Positions 8,672 through 18,486 of a stretch of DNA of 31,054 nt are shown piece by piece (within the stretch, counting starts at the first letter, position 1; every line of letters begins with the position of its first letter). A program made the translations under genes and the position numbers. Where the stretch lies: the NCBI GenBank assembly GCA_016218805.1, contig JACRCW010000080.1:124001-155054 (forward strand), written 5' to 3'. Origin of the DNA: Deltaproteobacteria bacterium (GTDB taxonomy: Bacteria; Myxococcota; JACRCW01). The notes beneath the pieces were generated by a model. It was not told the origin of the DNA. It ran no database searches and saw nothing but the letters and a program-made list of their open reading frames with translations.

Positions 8672-9906
8672 AGACGCAAGCGCGGGCGCTCGCTCTCGGG
8701 CTGCTCTCGTCCACCGTTGCCCTCGCCCAGCCGGTGCTCGGTCCGCCAACGCCGGTGACTCCTGCCGTCTCCCTGGAGGGGCAGGCCCAGGCGCGGGCCG
8801 TCGGCACCCGCGACGGGTTCTTCGTCGTGTGGCAGGCCGGCGTGGGGCGCACCGCCAAGGTGCGCGGCGCCCGGCTGGGGCTGGACGGCGTCTCGCTTGA
8901 CGCCGCGGGGCTGACGCTGGCCGAGGGCGCGGGGGGACGCTTCGAGCCGGCGGTGGCATTCGGACACGGGGTCTACTTCGTCGCGTGGAGTGACCTGCGC
9001 GATGGGCACCACGCGGTGTACGGCGCGCGGGTGTCACCCGACGGGACCGTGCTGGACCCCGGAGGTATCCTGCTGACCACCGACCCCGGCGCGCGCATGG
9101 CGGACGTTGCCGCCACGCCTGCCGGATTCCTGCTGGCCTGGGCGCAGACCACCGCCGACGGGCAGGGCACTGAGGCGCGCGCCCGTCGTCTCGGGCCGGA
9201 TGGCACGCCGCTGACGCCTCCTGTTGCGCTCACCACCGCGCCGCCCTGGGGCGCGGGCGAGGACTTCGGGCACAGCGCACTGGCCCGCGCGTACTGCCAG
9301 CAGGTGCGCGTCGCTGTCGACGGGACGGTGGCCTTCGTGGCGTGGATGGGCAATCTCGGCCATTCGCAGGACATCCGCATCGGTCGGGCCGTCGTCAACA
9401 CTGAGACCGGTGCGCTCGTGGGCGCGGTCGACTACGCCATCCCGCAGACGCAGTCGCGCGTTGCGGACCCCGCGCTGGCACGGTTGACGGACGGTGGCCT
9501 CTTCATCTCGTGGACGGACCATCGCGGCCGCGGCGAGCTCGGTCTGCCCGAGCACAACGCCATCCTCCTGCCCGCCTGGCCCGCGGATGGCGACCTGACC
9601 CGTGTCTCGCTGCGCGAGGATGGCGGTGCGCGCGAGGTCCTGCGCCCCGTGGCGGCCTCCGCGGGCGTTGTGGCCTTTGTGCAGGGCGTGGAGAACCCGC
9701 AGCGTCAGCGCCGCAAGGAATGGCGCGTACGCGTCCGCGTGGTGGAGGCGGGCGGCTCACCGGGTCCGGACGTCACCGTGCCCGGGGAGGCGGCCTGGCC
9801 CGCCGTCGTCACCGGGCCCACCGGCGTGACGCTGCTGGTGACCACCACCGTCAATACCGGCGGCGCTGACGCGGGACGGCTCATGGGCCGCCTCGTCTCA
9901 CGGTGA
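8668..9906 (+). CDS. Secreted beta-propeller repeat protein
   Basis: AGGAGG and ATGA overlap with the upstream stop; signal MKTQARALALGLLSSTVALA; repeats PAVAFGHGVYFVAWSDLRDG..VYGARVSPDGTVLDPGGI and PALA...FISWTDHR. Confidence 0.85.
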   Translation: MKTQARALALGLLSSTVALAQPVLGPPTPVTPAVSLEGQAQARAVGTRDGFFVVWQAGVGRTAKVRGARLGLDGVSLDAAGLTLAEGAGGRFEPAVAFGHGVYFVAWSDLRDGHHAVYGARVSPDGTVLDPGGILLTTDPGARMADVAATPAGFLLAWAQTTADGQGTEARARRLGPDGTPLTPPVALTTAPPWGAGEDFGHSALARAYCQQVRVAVDGTVAFVAWMGNLGHSQDIRIGRAVVNTETGALVGAVDYAIPQTQSRVADPALARLTDGGLFISWTDHRGRGELGLPEHNAILLPAWPADGDLTRVSLREDGGAREVLRPVAASAGVVAFVQGVENPQRQRRKEWRVRVRVVEAGGSPGPDVTVPGEAAWPAVVTGPTGVTLLVTTTVNTGGADAGRLMGRLVSR

Positions 9907-10022
9907 GGCGCCGGTCCGTCCGCGGCGCGGGCTGCGGGTCTTGCACACCAAACGGTCCGTGTCCGTCGCCACTCTGCCGCGGCGGGTGGCTCCCTGAGGC
10001 TCCGTGCTTGCTGGCTTCTGGC

Positions 10023-13000
10023 CTACGGCATTCCAAGCACCGGCTGGGGCGTCGTGAAGAACGCCGTCCCGTCGCCCAGCCTCCCGTGCGAGCCTTCGCC
10101 CGCGCAGGACAGCGTCCCGCCGATCACCACGCAGGCCTGCTGGCCGCGGCCCAGCGCGAGCACGCTCACCAACGACACGCGCGATGGCACCGGCGCGTTT
10201 CCGCCGCCGGAGCCCCCGTCCATGAACGTGCCGTAGTAGTTGTCGCCGGTGCACCACACCGCGCCGCTGGCCAGCATGCCGCACGTGGCCCGCCCACCCG
10301 CGGAAACCAGGGTGACCCCCGCGAATCCGCTGACGACGACGGGCGCGTTGTGCCCGGTCCGCAGCCCGTCACCCAGCTGTCCGTTCGAACCGGCGCCCCA
10401 GCAGCGGACCTCCGTGGCGGACCGCGCGCACGCGTGGCTGGAGCCCGCCGTCACCGCGACCCAGCCCGTGGTGAGCCCGCTGACCGGCACGGGCAGGACG
10501 CTGGAGGTGCCGTTGCCATCGCCCAGCTGGCCGCTGGTGCCCCGGCCCCAGCACGTCACCGCCCCGGAAACCACCGCGCAGGTGAAGGCGCCGCCGGCGG
10601 CCACGGACGTGGCATTGGCGCCGATGCCGGTCACGGCCACCGGGACCAACGAATCCGCCTGGGCGCCGTCTCCCAGCTGCCCGTCCGTCCCCGCGCCCCA
10701 GCACCGCACCTCGCCGGAGGAGAGCAGCGCGCAGGCATGGTTGTCGCCCGCCACCACGGACGCCACCCCGCTGCCCAGGCCGAACACGCTCACGGGCGTG
10801 GCAGACGGGGCACCAACGTTGTCGCCCAGCGCGTAGCCGGCGCCCCAGCACCGGGCCGCTCCGGACTGCACCGCACACGAGTGCGCCAGGCCCGCCGCCA
10901 CCGACGTCACTCCGGAGTCCAGCGTGCTCACGCTCACCAGCGACGGCGACGCGCGGGTGCTCCCGTTGCCCAGCTGGCCGCGGTCGTTCTTGCCCCAGCA
11001 TTGCGCCGCTCCCGCCGCCACCGCGCACCCATGGTACGTGCCCGGCGATACCGCGCTCACCGCGCCCCCGGCGCCGGCCACCGCATGCACCGTGCTCTTG
11101 GTGCCGGCTGTCCCCGTTCCCGCCGTGCCCCACACGTTTTCGCCCAGAACCACCAGGCCCCCGCCGGCCAGGCGGACCACCGTGTAGCCGGTTTCGTAGA
11201 GGTCACCGCCGCCAGCCGCCACTTCCTGCGCGCTGGCCACGCCGGGCACCGCCTGCGGCACCAGCACATCCAGCAGCGAGGGGTCGCCCAGCTGACCAGA
11301 CGCGTTGCCGCCCCAGCATTTGATCGTGTTACCCGTGACCACGGCGCACGTGTGGTACGTCCCCGCGCTCACCTGCAACGCGCCGCTGGTCAGCCCGCTC
11401 ACGTCGGTAGGCTGGAGCGCATCACCCTGCGTGCCGTCACCCACCTGGCCGCTGAAGTTGGCGCCCCAACACTTCAGCCCGCCGCCGGCGGTCCGCGCGC
11501 AGCTGTGCAGCGCGCCCAGCGACAGTTGAACCACGCCGCTCAGGGACACCGCCAACGCCGCGGGCTGGTGCTCCTCCAGCGTCCCGCCGGTTCCCAGCTG
11601 GCCGCTTCCATTGGCGCCCCAGCACATCACGTCTCCGGCGACAATGGCGCACGTGTGGTTGGCGCCCGCCTCCACCGCGGTGACGCCGCTGGTGAGTCCC
11701 GTGACGTCCACCGGCGCGGCGCTGAAGCTTGTGGAGGTGTCTCCCAGCTGCCCGTTGGCGTTGTTGCCCCAGCACTTGACGCCTCCTGTAGCGGTCATGA
11801 GCGCGCACGCGTGCCCAGCGCCCACCGTGATGGCGGAGACGCCGCTGGTCAGACCGGTGACGTCGGTGGGCGTGGCGCCCCCCGCAAACGAGCCCCAACA
11901 CTTCACGCCGCCGGTGCTGGTGAGCGCGCACGAGTACGACGCGGCGTTGCCCATGATCCCGCCACCCGTGGCGACGCGGGTCACCGTGGCGCCGCCCAAA
12001 GCCACTTCGTCCGGCACCGCCGAAAGCAGCCGCGTATCCTTGTTGCCCAGCTGACCCACGTAGCCCGCGCCCCAGCACTTGGCGGTTCCCGTCAACGTCA
12101 CGGCGCACTGGTGCATGGCACCGTGGGAAAGTGAGGCCGCCTGCCAGGCGTTGGTGAACGTCCACGCATCCGGTGACGGATCCTGATTCCCGGCTGCGTC
12201 CACCGACGCCACTTCGAACCGGTGGGAGGCCGTGTTGCTCACGGTGAAGGACTGCCCCGACGTGCAGGCCGCAAACGCCCCGCCGTCCATCCGGCACGTG
12301 AAGCTGGCCGCCGCGTCCGGAGAACTGAAGGTGAAGGTGACCGGCGAGGCAAACGCGTCCAGGGCCGGGCCCGTCAGGATCACCGTGTCCGCGGGCGTGC
12401 GGTCAATCATCCACGTGTACGTGGCCGCCGGGGACTCCACGTGGGCCATGGGGTCGGTGGCGCGCACGCTGAACGTGTGGCTGCCCTCCGCCAGCGACGT
12501 GTAGGAGACCGGGCTGGTGCAGGAGGAGAACCCGCCCCCGTCAAGGTCGCACTCGTAGGTGCAGCCGGACTCGTTGCAGCTCAGCGTGAAGGATGCGGTG
12601 GCCTGGTTGAAGGGATCCGCGGGGGCGCCGCTGATCGTCGTCGTGGGCGGGGTGGTGTCCACCGTCCAGGTCCGCGCCGCCGCGGGCGATTCCACGTTTC
12701 CGAGGGCATCGGTGGCGACGACGGTGACCGTGTGCGACGCGCTGGACAGGCTACCGTACGAGACGGTTCCACCGTTGCAGGCCGCCGCCGCTCCGGAGTC
12801 CAGCGTGCACTGGAAGGTGCACGGAGACTTGTTGCACGTGAAGGTGAACACGGCCGTTGTGGACGTGGTGGTGGACCCGGCGGCCGGGCCGTTGGTTATC
12901 GTGGTGACAGGCGGGACCGCGTCCACCGTCCAGTTGCGCGTGGTGGCCGGGGACTCAACGTTCCCGATGGCATCCGTGGCCACGATGGTGACCGTGTGCA

Positions 13001-15197
13001 ACGCGCTGGAAAGCCCGTTGTACGTCACGGTTCCGCCGTCGCACGCCGCCGCTGTCCCGGAGTCCAGCGTGCACTGGAACGTGCACGGCGCCTTGCTGCA
13101 CGTGAAGTTGAACGTTGCCGACGTCGCGTTGGTCGTTGAACCGGCAGCCGGCCCGGAGGTCAGCGTCGTCGTGGGCCGCACCGTGTCCACCGTCCAGTTG
13201 CGCGTGGTGGCCGGCGTTTCAACGTTCCCGATGGCATCCGTGGCCACGATGGTGACCGCGTGCAACGCGCTGGAAAGCCCGTTGTACGTCACGGTTCCGC
13301 TGTCGCACGCCGCCGCTGTCCCCGAGTCCAGCGTGCACTGGAAGGTGCACGGCGCCTTGCTGCACGTGAAGTTGAACGTTGCCGACGTCGCGTTGACGGT
13401 GGAGCCCGCGGACGGGCCGCCCGTGATGGTCGTCGTGGGCCTGACGGTGTCCACGGTCCACGTCCGCGTGGCGGCAGCGAGCGCCGGGTTGGCCGCGGCA
13501 TCCGTCGCCTGGACGCTGAACGTGTGCGCGCCGTTCGACAGGCCCGCGTAGGTCTCCGTCCCCGTTGAGCAGTCCACCGCGGGCTGGGCGTCCAACTGGC
13601 ACATGAACGAGCAGGCGAGGCTCTCCCCGTCGCACGAGAAGGTAAAGGTGGCGGATGCCTGGTTGGTGGTACTCCCCGCGGCAGGACCGCTCTGGATGGT
13701 CGTCGTGGGGAAACTGGTGTCCACCGTCCAGGTCACCGACGGAGGCGCCAGCTCCACGTTCCCCGCGGTGTCCGTGGCGGTCACCAAGAACGTGTGCGAA
13801 CCCTCCGCGAGGCCCGTGTAGTCCTGCGGGCTGGTGCACGCTGTCGCCGCGCCGGAATCAAGCTGGCAGGTGAACGTGCCCGGCTTGGTGGAGCTGAACG
13901 AGAACGACGCGGTGATCAGCGCGGTGGGGTTGGCGGGCTGGGAAGTGATGGTCGTCGACGGTCCGGAAAGATCCACCTGCCAGGTGAAGGTGCTGGCGGA
14001 AACCTCCGGGTTCCCCGCGGCATCCGTCGCCAGCACGCGGAACGTGTGGCTGCCCGCGCCGCCGACGTCGGCGTACACCATGGGGCTGGTGCAGGGAGCG
14101 GCGGCGCCGGTGTCCAGCTGACAGGTGAAGGTGGAACCCGCCTCGGCGGAGAACGTGAAGGTGGCTCCCTGCTGGCTGGTGGGGTCCGCCGGGTGCGTCA
14201 GGATCGTCGTCACCGGGGGTGTGAGGTCGATGGTCCACGTGAACGTGGGCGGATTGGTGTCCGCATTGCCGGAGGCGTCCGTGGCCACCACGGTGAACTG
14301 GTGAGACCCCGCGGCGAGGCCCGTGTAGGACGCGCTCCCGCTGCTGCATGCGCCGAACGGCCCCGAGTCCAGCCGGCACTGAAAGGTGACCGGGGTTTCT
14401 GACGAGGAGAAGGTGAACGTCGCCAGGGTGAGGTTCGTGGTGGCGGCGGGATGCGTGTCGATACTGGTCTGCGGGGCCGTGAGGTCAACGGACCACACGA
14501 AGGACGCGGGCGCGCCGGTGAGGCCACCCGCCGCGGCGCGCACGTTGAAGGTGTGCAGGCCGGGGCCCACGGTGACGGAGTGTGGGCTGGTGCACGCAGT
14601 GAAGGTCACGCTGTCGAGGGCGCATTCGAACGTGCAGCCGGTGGCACCCGTGCAACTGAAGGTGAATTGCGGGTTGGGCTGGTTGCTCTGTGCCGCGGGG
14701 GCGCTGTCCAGCACGGCGACCGGGGGCGTGGCGCCCGACGACGAAGGCGCCGCGGAGGAACTGGGAGCGGCGCTCGAGGAGGATGCAGCCGCGCTGGAAG
14801 ACGGGACCTCACTGGACGACGGGGCCGCACTGGACGACGGTACCGCGCTCGACGAAAGGACCGCGCTCGACGAGAGGACCGCACTGGAGGACGGGACCGC
14901 ACTGGAGGACTGTCCCATCCCCGAGGAGGAAACCTGCGCCGAGGTGGCGGTGCCGGAAGAGCCCCCCGCGGATGAGGACACGAGGGCGCTGGCCGAGGAC
15001 GCGCCCGCGCTTGACGACGGCGTTGCACCGCTGGAGCTGTCGGGCAGGCCGCTGGAGGAGGACGCGGGGACGGAGCCGTCGGTCTGCGTCGCGCCCGCGT
15101 CCGCCGGGACGTCGGAGGCGAACGGGAAGAGTAACTCGCAGGAAGCAGTGAACGCGACAAGCGCGGACTGCAGCAGGACACGGTGAACGCGGCGCAT
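10023..15197 (-). CDS. Giant putative surface lipoprotein (1724 aa): Ser-rich linker, 10 Ig-like repeats, 14 RCC1 repeats
   Basis: GGAGG then ATG 15197; lipobox-like FTASC; ten ~85-90 aa units (FxFS...FxCxLD...C...HTFxVxATDxxGN...WTVD); fourteen CWG-x-N-x-x-GQLG-type RCC1 units at ~10030-12150. Confidence 0.92.
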   Translation of the reverse strand: MRRVHRVLLQSALVAFTASCELLFPFASDVPADAGATQTDGSVPASSSSGLPDSSSGATPSSSAGASSASALVSSSAGGSSGTATSAQVSSSGMGQSSSAVPSSSAVLSSSAVLSSSAVPSSSAAPSSSEVPSSSAAASSSSAAPSSSAAPSSSGATPPVAVLDSAPAAQSNQPNPQFTFSCTGATGCTFECALDSVTFTACTSPHSVTVGPGLHTFNVRAAAGGLTGAPASFVWSVDLTAPQTSIDTHPAATTNLTLATFTFSSSETPVTFQCRLDSGPFGACSSGSASYTGLAAGSHQFTVVATDASGNADTNPPTFTWTIDLTPPVTTILTHPADPTSQQGATFTFSAEAGSTFTCQLDTGAAAPCTSPMVYADVGGAGSHTFRVLATDAAGNPEVSASTFTWQVDLSGPSTTITSQPANPTALITASFSFSSTKPGTFTCQLDSGAATACTSPQDYTGLAEGSHTFLVTATDTAGNVELAPPSVTWTVDTSFPTTTIQSGPAAGSTTNQASATFTFSCDGESLACSFMCQLDAQPAVDCSTGTETYAGLSNGAHTFSVQATDAAANPALAAATRTWTVDTVRPTTTITGGPSAGSTVNATSATFNFTCSKAPCTFQCTLDSGTAAACDSGTVTYNGLSSALHAVTIVATDAIGNVETPATTRNWTVDTVRPTTTLTSGPAAGSTTNATSATFNFTCSKAPCTFQCTLDSGTAAACDGGTVTYNGLSSALHTVTIVATDAIGNVESPATTRNWTVDAVPPVTTITNGPAAGSTTTSTTAVFTFTCNKSPCTFQCTLDSGAAAACNGGTVSYGSLSSASHTVTVVATDALGNVESPAAARTWTVDTTPPTTTISGAPADPFNQATASFTLSCNESGCTYECDLDGGGFSSCTSPVSYTSLAEGSHTFSVRATDPMAHVESPAATYTWMIDRTPADTVILTGPALDAFASPVTFTFSSPDAAASFTCRMDGGAFAACTSGQSFTVSNTASHRFEVASVDAAGNQDPSPDAWTFTNAWQAASLSHGAMHQCAVTLTGTAKCWGAGYVGQLGNKDTRLLSAVPDEVALGGATVTRVATGGGIMGNAASYSCALTSTGGVKCWGSFAGGATPTDVTGLTSGVSAITVGAGHACALMTATGGVKCWGNNANGQLGDTSTSFSAAPVDVTGLTSGVTAVEAGANHTCAIVAGDVMCWGANGSGQLGTGGTLEEHQPAALAVSLSGVVQLSLGALHSCARTAGGGLKCWGANFSGQVGDGTQGDALQPTDVSGLTSGALQVSAGTYHTCAVVTGNTIKCWGGNASGQLGDPSLLDVLVPQAVPGVASAQEVAAGGGDLYETGYTVVRLAGGGLVVLGENVWGTAGTGTAGTKSTVHAVAGAGGAVSAVSPGTYHGCAVAAGAAQCWGKNDRGQLGNGSTRASPSLVSVSTLDSGVTSVAAGLAHSCAVQSGAARCWGAGYALGDNVGAPSATPVSVFGLGSGVASVVAGDNHACALLSSGEVRCWGAGTDGQLGDGAQADSLVPVAVTGIGANATSVAAGGAFTCAVVSGAVTCWGRGTSGQLGDGNGTSSVLPVPVSGLTTGWVAVTAGSSHACARSATEVRCWGAGSNGQLGDGLRTGHNAPVVVSGFAGVTLVSAGGRATCGMLASGAVWCTGDNYYGTFMDGGSGGGNAPVPSRVSLVSVLALGRGQQACVVIGGTLSCAGEGSHGRLGDGTAFFTTPQPVLGMP
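12657..13448. repeat. Three tandem 264-bp units encoding Ig-like repeats 6-8
   Basis: The anchor gtccac(c/g)gtcca recurs at 12657, 12921, 13185 and 13449 (period 264). Units 12921-13184 and 13185-13448 are near-identical. Confidence 0.92.
14740..14910. repeat. Degenerate 18-bp tandem repeats encoding SSSA(V/A)(P/L)
   Basis: e.g. ggacgacggtaccgcgct / cgacgaaaggaccgcgct / cgacgagaggaccgcact / ggaggacgggaccgcact. Confidence 0.85.
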
Positions 15198-15608
15198 GCA
15201 CGCCTCCGTTGGCCCACGGAACAATGGGCGGGACGCATGCATACTCCCGTGCTCGTCAGGTTGACCACCCGCGCCCTTCAGTTGGTCCCGTGTGCGGAGG
15301 ACGCCCGCGGACCTCCACCGCGCGCGCGTCCCTGGGGGCCAGCGCAAACAGACACAAATGCAGTGAAAGCCCGGGTCATCAAAGGGCACCAACCGGTGGC
15401 TGCCGCACGTCCGCAGCACCGCGGAGTGGTTCACGTTCTGCCGCCGTCGCGCGGCCTCCCCCGCCGTTGCCGTTTGCGTCGCACTGAGAAGGTTGTGCCA
15501 CTGCACCCGGCACGCCGCAGGACTGTGCCATGGCGCGCGTGTCGGCCAACGAGTTGCGGCCACGAGTGCCGATTGGGGCGCGGTCCTCGGCCTGCTATGG
15601 CTTGCCCC

Positions 15609-16073
15609 ATGAAGGCCGCGTCCATCTCGTGGGTTCTGCTCCTCCTCTGCGGTGTCTCCAACTGCCGGCGCGATTCCCCCACCCGCTCAACCGCCGCGCC
15701 AGCGGTCGCCGAGGCGGCGCCGGCGGTGGCCCTGGCCGAGGATCCCCGGGTGGCCCGGTTTCGCGCGGACATGCAGCGCGTTGAACCCGCGGCTCCGCCG
15801 CAGCGGATCGAGGAGGAAGTCGCGAAGTTCGCCGCCAACCTCGCGCGTGCCGGGACCCAGCCCTACCCCGCGTCGCACGCCAGCTGCCTGAAGGAGACCT
15901 CGGGTCGCCCAGCGTATGACTGCACGCTGGTGGCCGGTGACGTCATCAGGCCGACCTGGTTTGAAGCCTGCAAGCGCGCCGGCGGTGCGGTGTTGACGTC
16001 AAATGTGCCCCCCAACACGCCGCTCCACTACGACGGGGAGTTCTGCACCAAGACGTTCCGCGTGGGCGAATGA
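15609..16073 (+). CDS. Hypothetical exported protein, putative lipoprotein
   Basis: MKAASISWVLLLLCGVSNC signal, Ala/Pro linker, C-terminal domain with four Cys. Confidence 0.7.
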   Translation: MKAASISWVLLLLCGVSNCRRDSPTRSTAAPAVAEAAPAVALAEDPRVARFRADMQRVEPAAPPQRIEEEVAKFAANLARAGTQPYPASHASCLKETSGRPAYDCTLVAGDVIRPTWFEACKRAGGAVLTSNVPPNTPLHYDGEFCTKTFRVGE

Positions 16074-16157
16074 GGGACGCCGTGGAGAATGCAGCGCGGG
16101 GTGCAGCGCCCCGGCAGGCTGCCGCTCCCACGCGTTGCTGGAACCTGTTGCTGGAAC

Positions 16158-17666
16158 CTACGGAAGGGTTTCCAGTCTTTCGATCCGCCAGAAGCGCGCG
16201 ACCCCGGTCTCCACCCAGCCGGCCACGTACAGCGTCCGCCCGGACACTCCCAACGACGTCACGGCGCTGCCGGTACCGGACACCCGGTGGTAGGACTGCC
16301 TGCCGCCAAACACCGGCGCAGGATAGCCGTCAGCCGTAAACGCTTCGATGTGCCAGTGATTCTCGGAGCGCCCCGCGATGAACTGCGTGCCGACCCCGAC
16401 GGCGACGGCCGCCACCGATCCCGACGGAGGCCGCTCCGACCGGCCCGAGTAGTTCATCGGCGTGTCCGAGTTCAGCCCGCACTCCGTTGCGGTTTCCGAA
16501 AGGCGCCAATTGCCGAACTGCTCCTCGACCCCAATCAGCGCGCCGTTTCCGTTGTCCGCCATCGAGGTGATCTTCGACAGGTGCGTGCTGTTGGGAATGA
16601 CCCATGCGCACGCCACTCCCGCGTCATCTGCCCGGTATTCCACCAGGCAGGCCCGCCCACCGTCCGGCGTGTTGCACTCGCCGCCCACCAGCACTTGTCC
16701 GGTACCAAGCTCGACGAGCGCGTGGGCCCGTTCCAGGCCGCGGGTGGCCGTCCGGTAGGAAGCGCGACCACCGCCAAAGGACGGCTCCAGGGCACCGTCG
16801 CCCACGTTGCGTCGCTCCACCACCCACTCCGTCCCCGCGTCGGTGTGGGACCAGCCCACGGCGTAGAGGTCCGGACCGTTCCCCACCGCCAGGCTGGACA
16901 GGCCACCGTCTCCCTGGAGGATTCCGTTGACCCCGAACGCGTTGTCCAAGGCGCCGGACTCACGCGTGCGCTTGTGGATTCGCCAGGTGGTGTCGTTGCT
17001 GAGGCCAATGAACAGTGAGTCCGCGTCCGCGGCGATGGAACGCGCTGCCAATCCCTCGCTGTTGGAGGCCACGCCACCATCGCTTCCGAACGAGGTGATG
17101 AGCGCGCCGTTGGTGCCGCGCCGCGCCTCCACGCGCAGGTCCGCGTTGTTCAGAATCCCGGCGATGTACAGGATCGGTGTTCCGCCGTCAGGGGAGTGGA
17201 GCGCGAGCACGGGTGCGGGAGAAGAGTTGTTGGTCACGGTCAGCTCCACCGACCACACCGGTCCATAGGACGACGACGGCACCGAGGAGGACGGGGCCGC
17301 CGACGCGCCGGTGCCACCCGAAGACGGAACCCCGGACGAGGTGGCGGCCCCCGACGACGACGACGGCGATGCGGATGACGTGCTGCTCGCCTGTGAGGAC
17401 GCGGCGCTGCCGCCGGACGACGACGGCGCTGCGGACGAGGTGGTGGCCGTCTGTGAGGTTGCGGCGCTGCTGCCGAACGACGTTGACGGCGCTGCACCCG
17501 ACGACGATGACCCGCCTTCCCCTGGCGCGCACCGCCCGCCGTTGCAGACCCGCCCGGCCGCGCAGTCGTTGTCGTCGTGGCACCGCCCCGCCGGCCAGGG
17601 GAGGAGGGAGCATCCCTGGAGGAACGCGAACATGACCCAGGCAACGCGAATCCAGCGCAGGTGCAC
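16158..17666 (-). CDS. Lipoprotein: Cys-rich motif, Ser-rich linker, delta-60-like beta-propeller
   Basis: GAGGAGG then GTG 17666; lipobox LQGC; CHDDNDCAAGRVCNGGRC; SSS-rich linker; repeats GALITSFGSDG, GALDNAFGVNG, GALEPSFGGG, GYPAPVFGG. Confidence 0.85.
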   Translation of the reverse strand: MHLRWIRVAWVMFAFLQGCSLLPWPAGRCHDDNDCAAGRVCNGGRCAPGEGGSSSSGAAPSTSFGSSAATSQTATTSSAAPSSSGGSAASSQASSTSSASPSSSSGAATSSGVPSSGGTGASAAPSSSVPSSSYGPVWSVELTVTNNSSPAPVLALHSPDGGTPILYIAGILNNADLRVEARRGTNGALITSFGSDGGVASNSEGLAARSIAADADSLFIGLSNDTTWRIHKRTRESGALDNAFGVNGILQGDGGLSSLAVGNGPDLYAVGWSHTDAGTEWVVERRNVGDGALEPSFGGGRASYRTATRGLERAHALVELGTGQVLVGGECNTPDGGRACLVEYRADDAGVACAWVIPNSTHLSKITSMADNGNGALIGVEEQFGNWRLSETATECGLNSDTPMNYSGRSERPPSGSVAAVAVGVGTQFIAGRSENHWHIEAFTADGYPAPVFGGRQSYHRVSGTGSAVTSLGVSGRTLYVAGWVETGVARFWRIERLETLP

Positions 17667-17675
17667 GCTTCCTCC

Positions 17676-18452
17676 TCACATTGCAAACGACACCGCCGTG
17701 GCGCCCACGCCCACCGCGATGCCGGCGAGAACCCCGACGGCGGCGACGGCACCCATCGCCAGCGCGCCCAGGAGTGCGGCCTGCAGCAGGTCACGACGCG
17801 TTTCCGCACCGTACGCGAGCGCCGCGTAGCCCAGCACCGTCCCGGCCGCGGCCACGGCGAGCGCACCCAGCACCGCTCCGGCGGCGGCCAACGCAAACCC
17901 GCCAAGCCCGCCGGCGCGCAACGGCCACTGAAGGGGGGCCCGTGCCGCCACCGCAGGTTCCTTCCGCTGCAGGCGTGCCTCGGCGAGCAGTTCGATAACG
18001 GACGGCGCGATGGCGTCGTACAGGACGCGGGCGTCCAACCCCTTCACGGCGCGGCTCACCAGGCCTTCGGTGGCGGCGCTACGCACGTTGATGATCTTGA
18101 TGTTCAGGATCCACCCGTCGGGAAGGCGGCCGACCGCGGCGGTCAGCAGCAGGTCCACGCCCATGGAGTTGGCGATCTCCGACATGCAGCTCGTCTTGTC
18201 GCAATCCACCAGCTGCCGCTGGGACTCAAACCCCAGCGCCGCCGCGACGTCCGACGCGGAGACCACGCGCGCGAACCGCCCCTCCCGGCGCAGGACCTGG
18301 ACGATGTTGTCGCCCAGCAGTTCCGCCAGTTCCTTGCTTGCTCCCTCTTTGGCGGCCACCTCGAGAACTGCGATGGCGGGCGCCTGGGCGCCAGGCGCGG
18401 GCGGCGCCGCGGCGTGGAGTACAACGGCGAGGAGGGCGGACGCGAGCATCAC
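17676..18452 (-). CDS. Exported C-x4-C (TolB-N/CsgG/DUF2380-like) protein with C-terminal hydrophobic helices
   Basis: Signal MLASALLAVVLHA; IAVLEV...LGFESQRQLVDCDKTSCMSEIANSMGVDLLLTAAVGRL..W.LN.KII; two long Gly/Ala-rich C-terminal hydrophobic segments. Confidence 0.82.
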   Translation of the reverse strand: MMLASALLAVVLHAAAPPAPGAQAPAIAVLEVAAKEGASKELAELLGDNIVQVLRREGRFARVVSASDVAAALGFESQRQLVDCDKTSCMSEIANSMGVDLLLTAAVGRLPDGWILNIKIINVRSAATEGLVSRAVKGLDARVLYDAIAPSVIELLAEARLQRKEPAVAARAPLQWPLRAGGLGGFALAAAGAVLGALAVAAAGTVLGYAALAYGAETRRDLLQAALLGALAMGAVAAVGVLAGIAVGVGATAVSFAM

Positions 18453-18486
18453 TGGGATGAAGCCCCGCGACCGACGACGGTGTCAA
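18453..18486 (-). promoter_or_regulatory. Consensus -35 hexamer about 35 nt before the start codon; possible leaderless promoter
   Basis: TTGACA at 18486-18481; start at GTG 18452 or ATG 18449; no SD; -10 element weak. Confidence 0.35.

Noticed and set aside
12657..14910. CRISPR-like or non-coding repeat array
   Set aside because: The repeats have periods divisible by 3 (264 and 18 bp), lie in frame within a CDS and have no unique spacers.
9903..15186. Long plus-strand ORFs (e.g. 9903-12134, 12559-13551, 14386-15186) opposite the giant lipoprotein
   Set aside because: Antisense shadows expected from high-GC codon bias; no motifs, and the minus-strand protein has clear domains.
15490..15535. 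Two TGGCAC motifs on the minus strand upstream of the giant lipoprotein as sigma54 promoters
   Set aside because: GG-to-GC spacing is 9 nt in one and the GC is absent in the other; sigma54 needs 10 nt.
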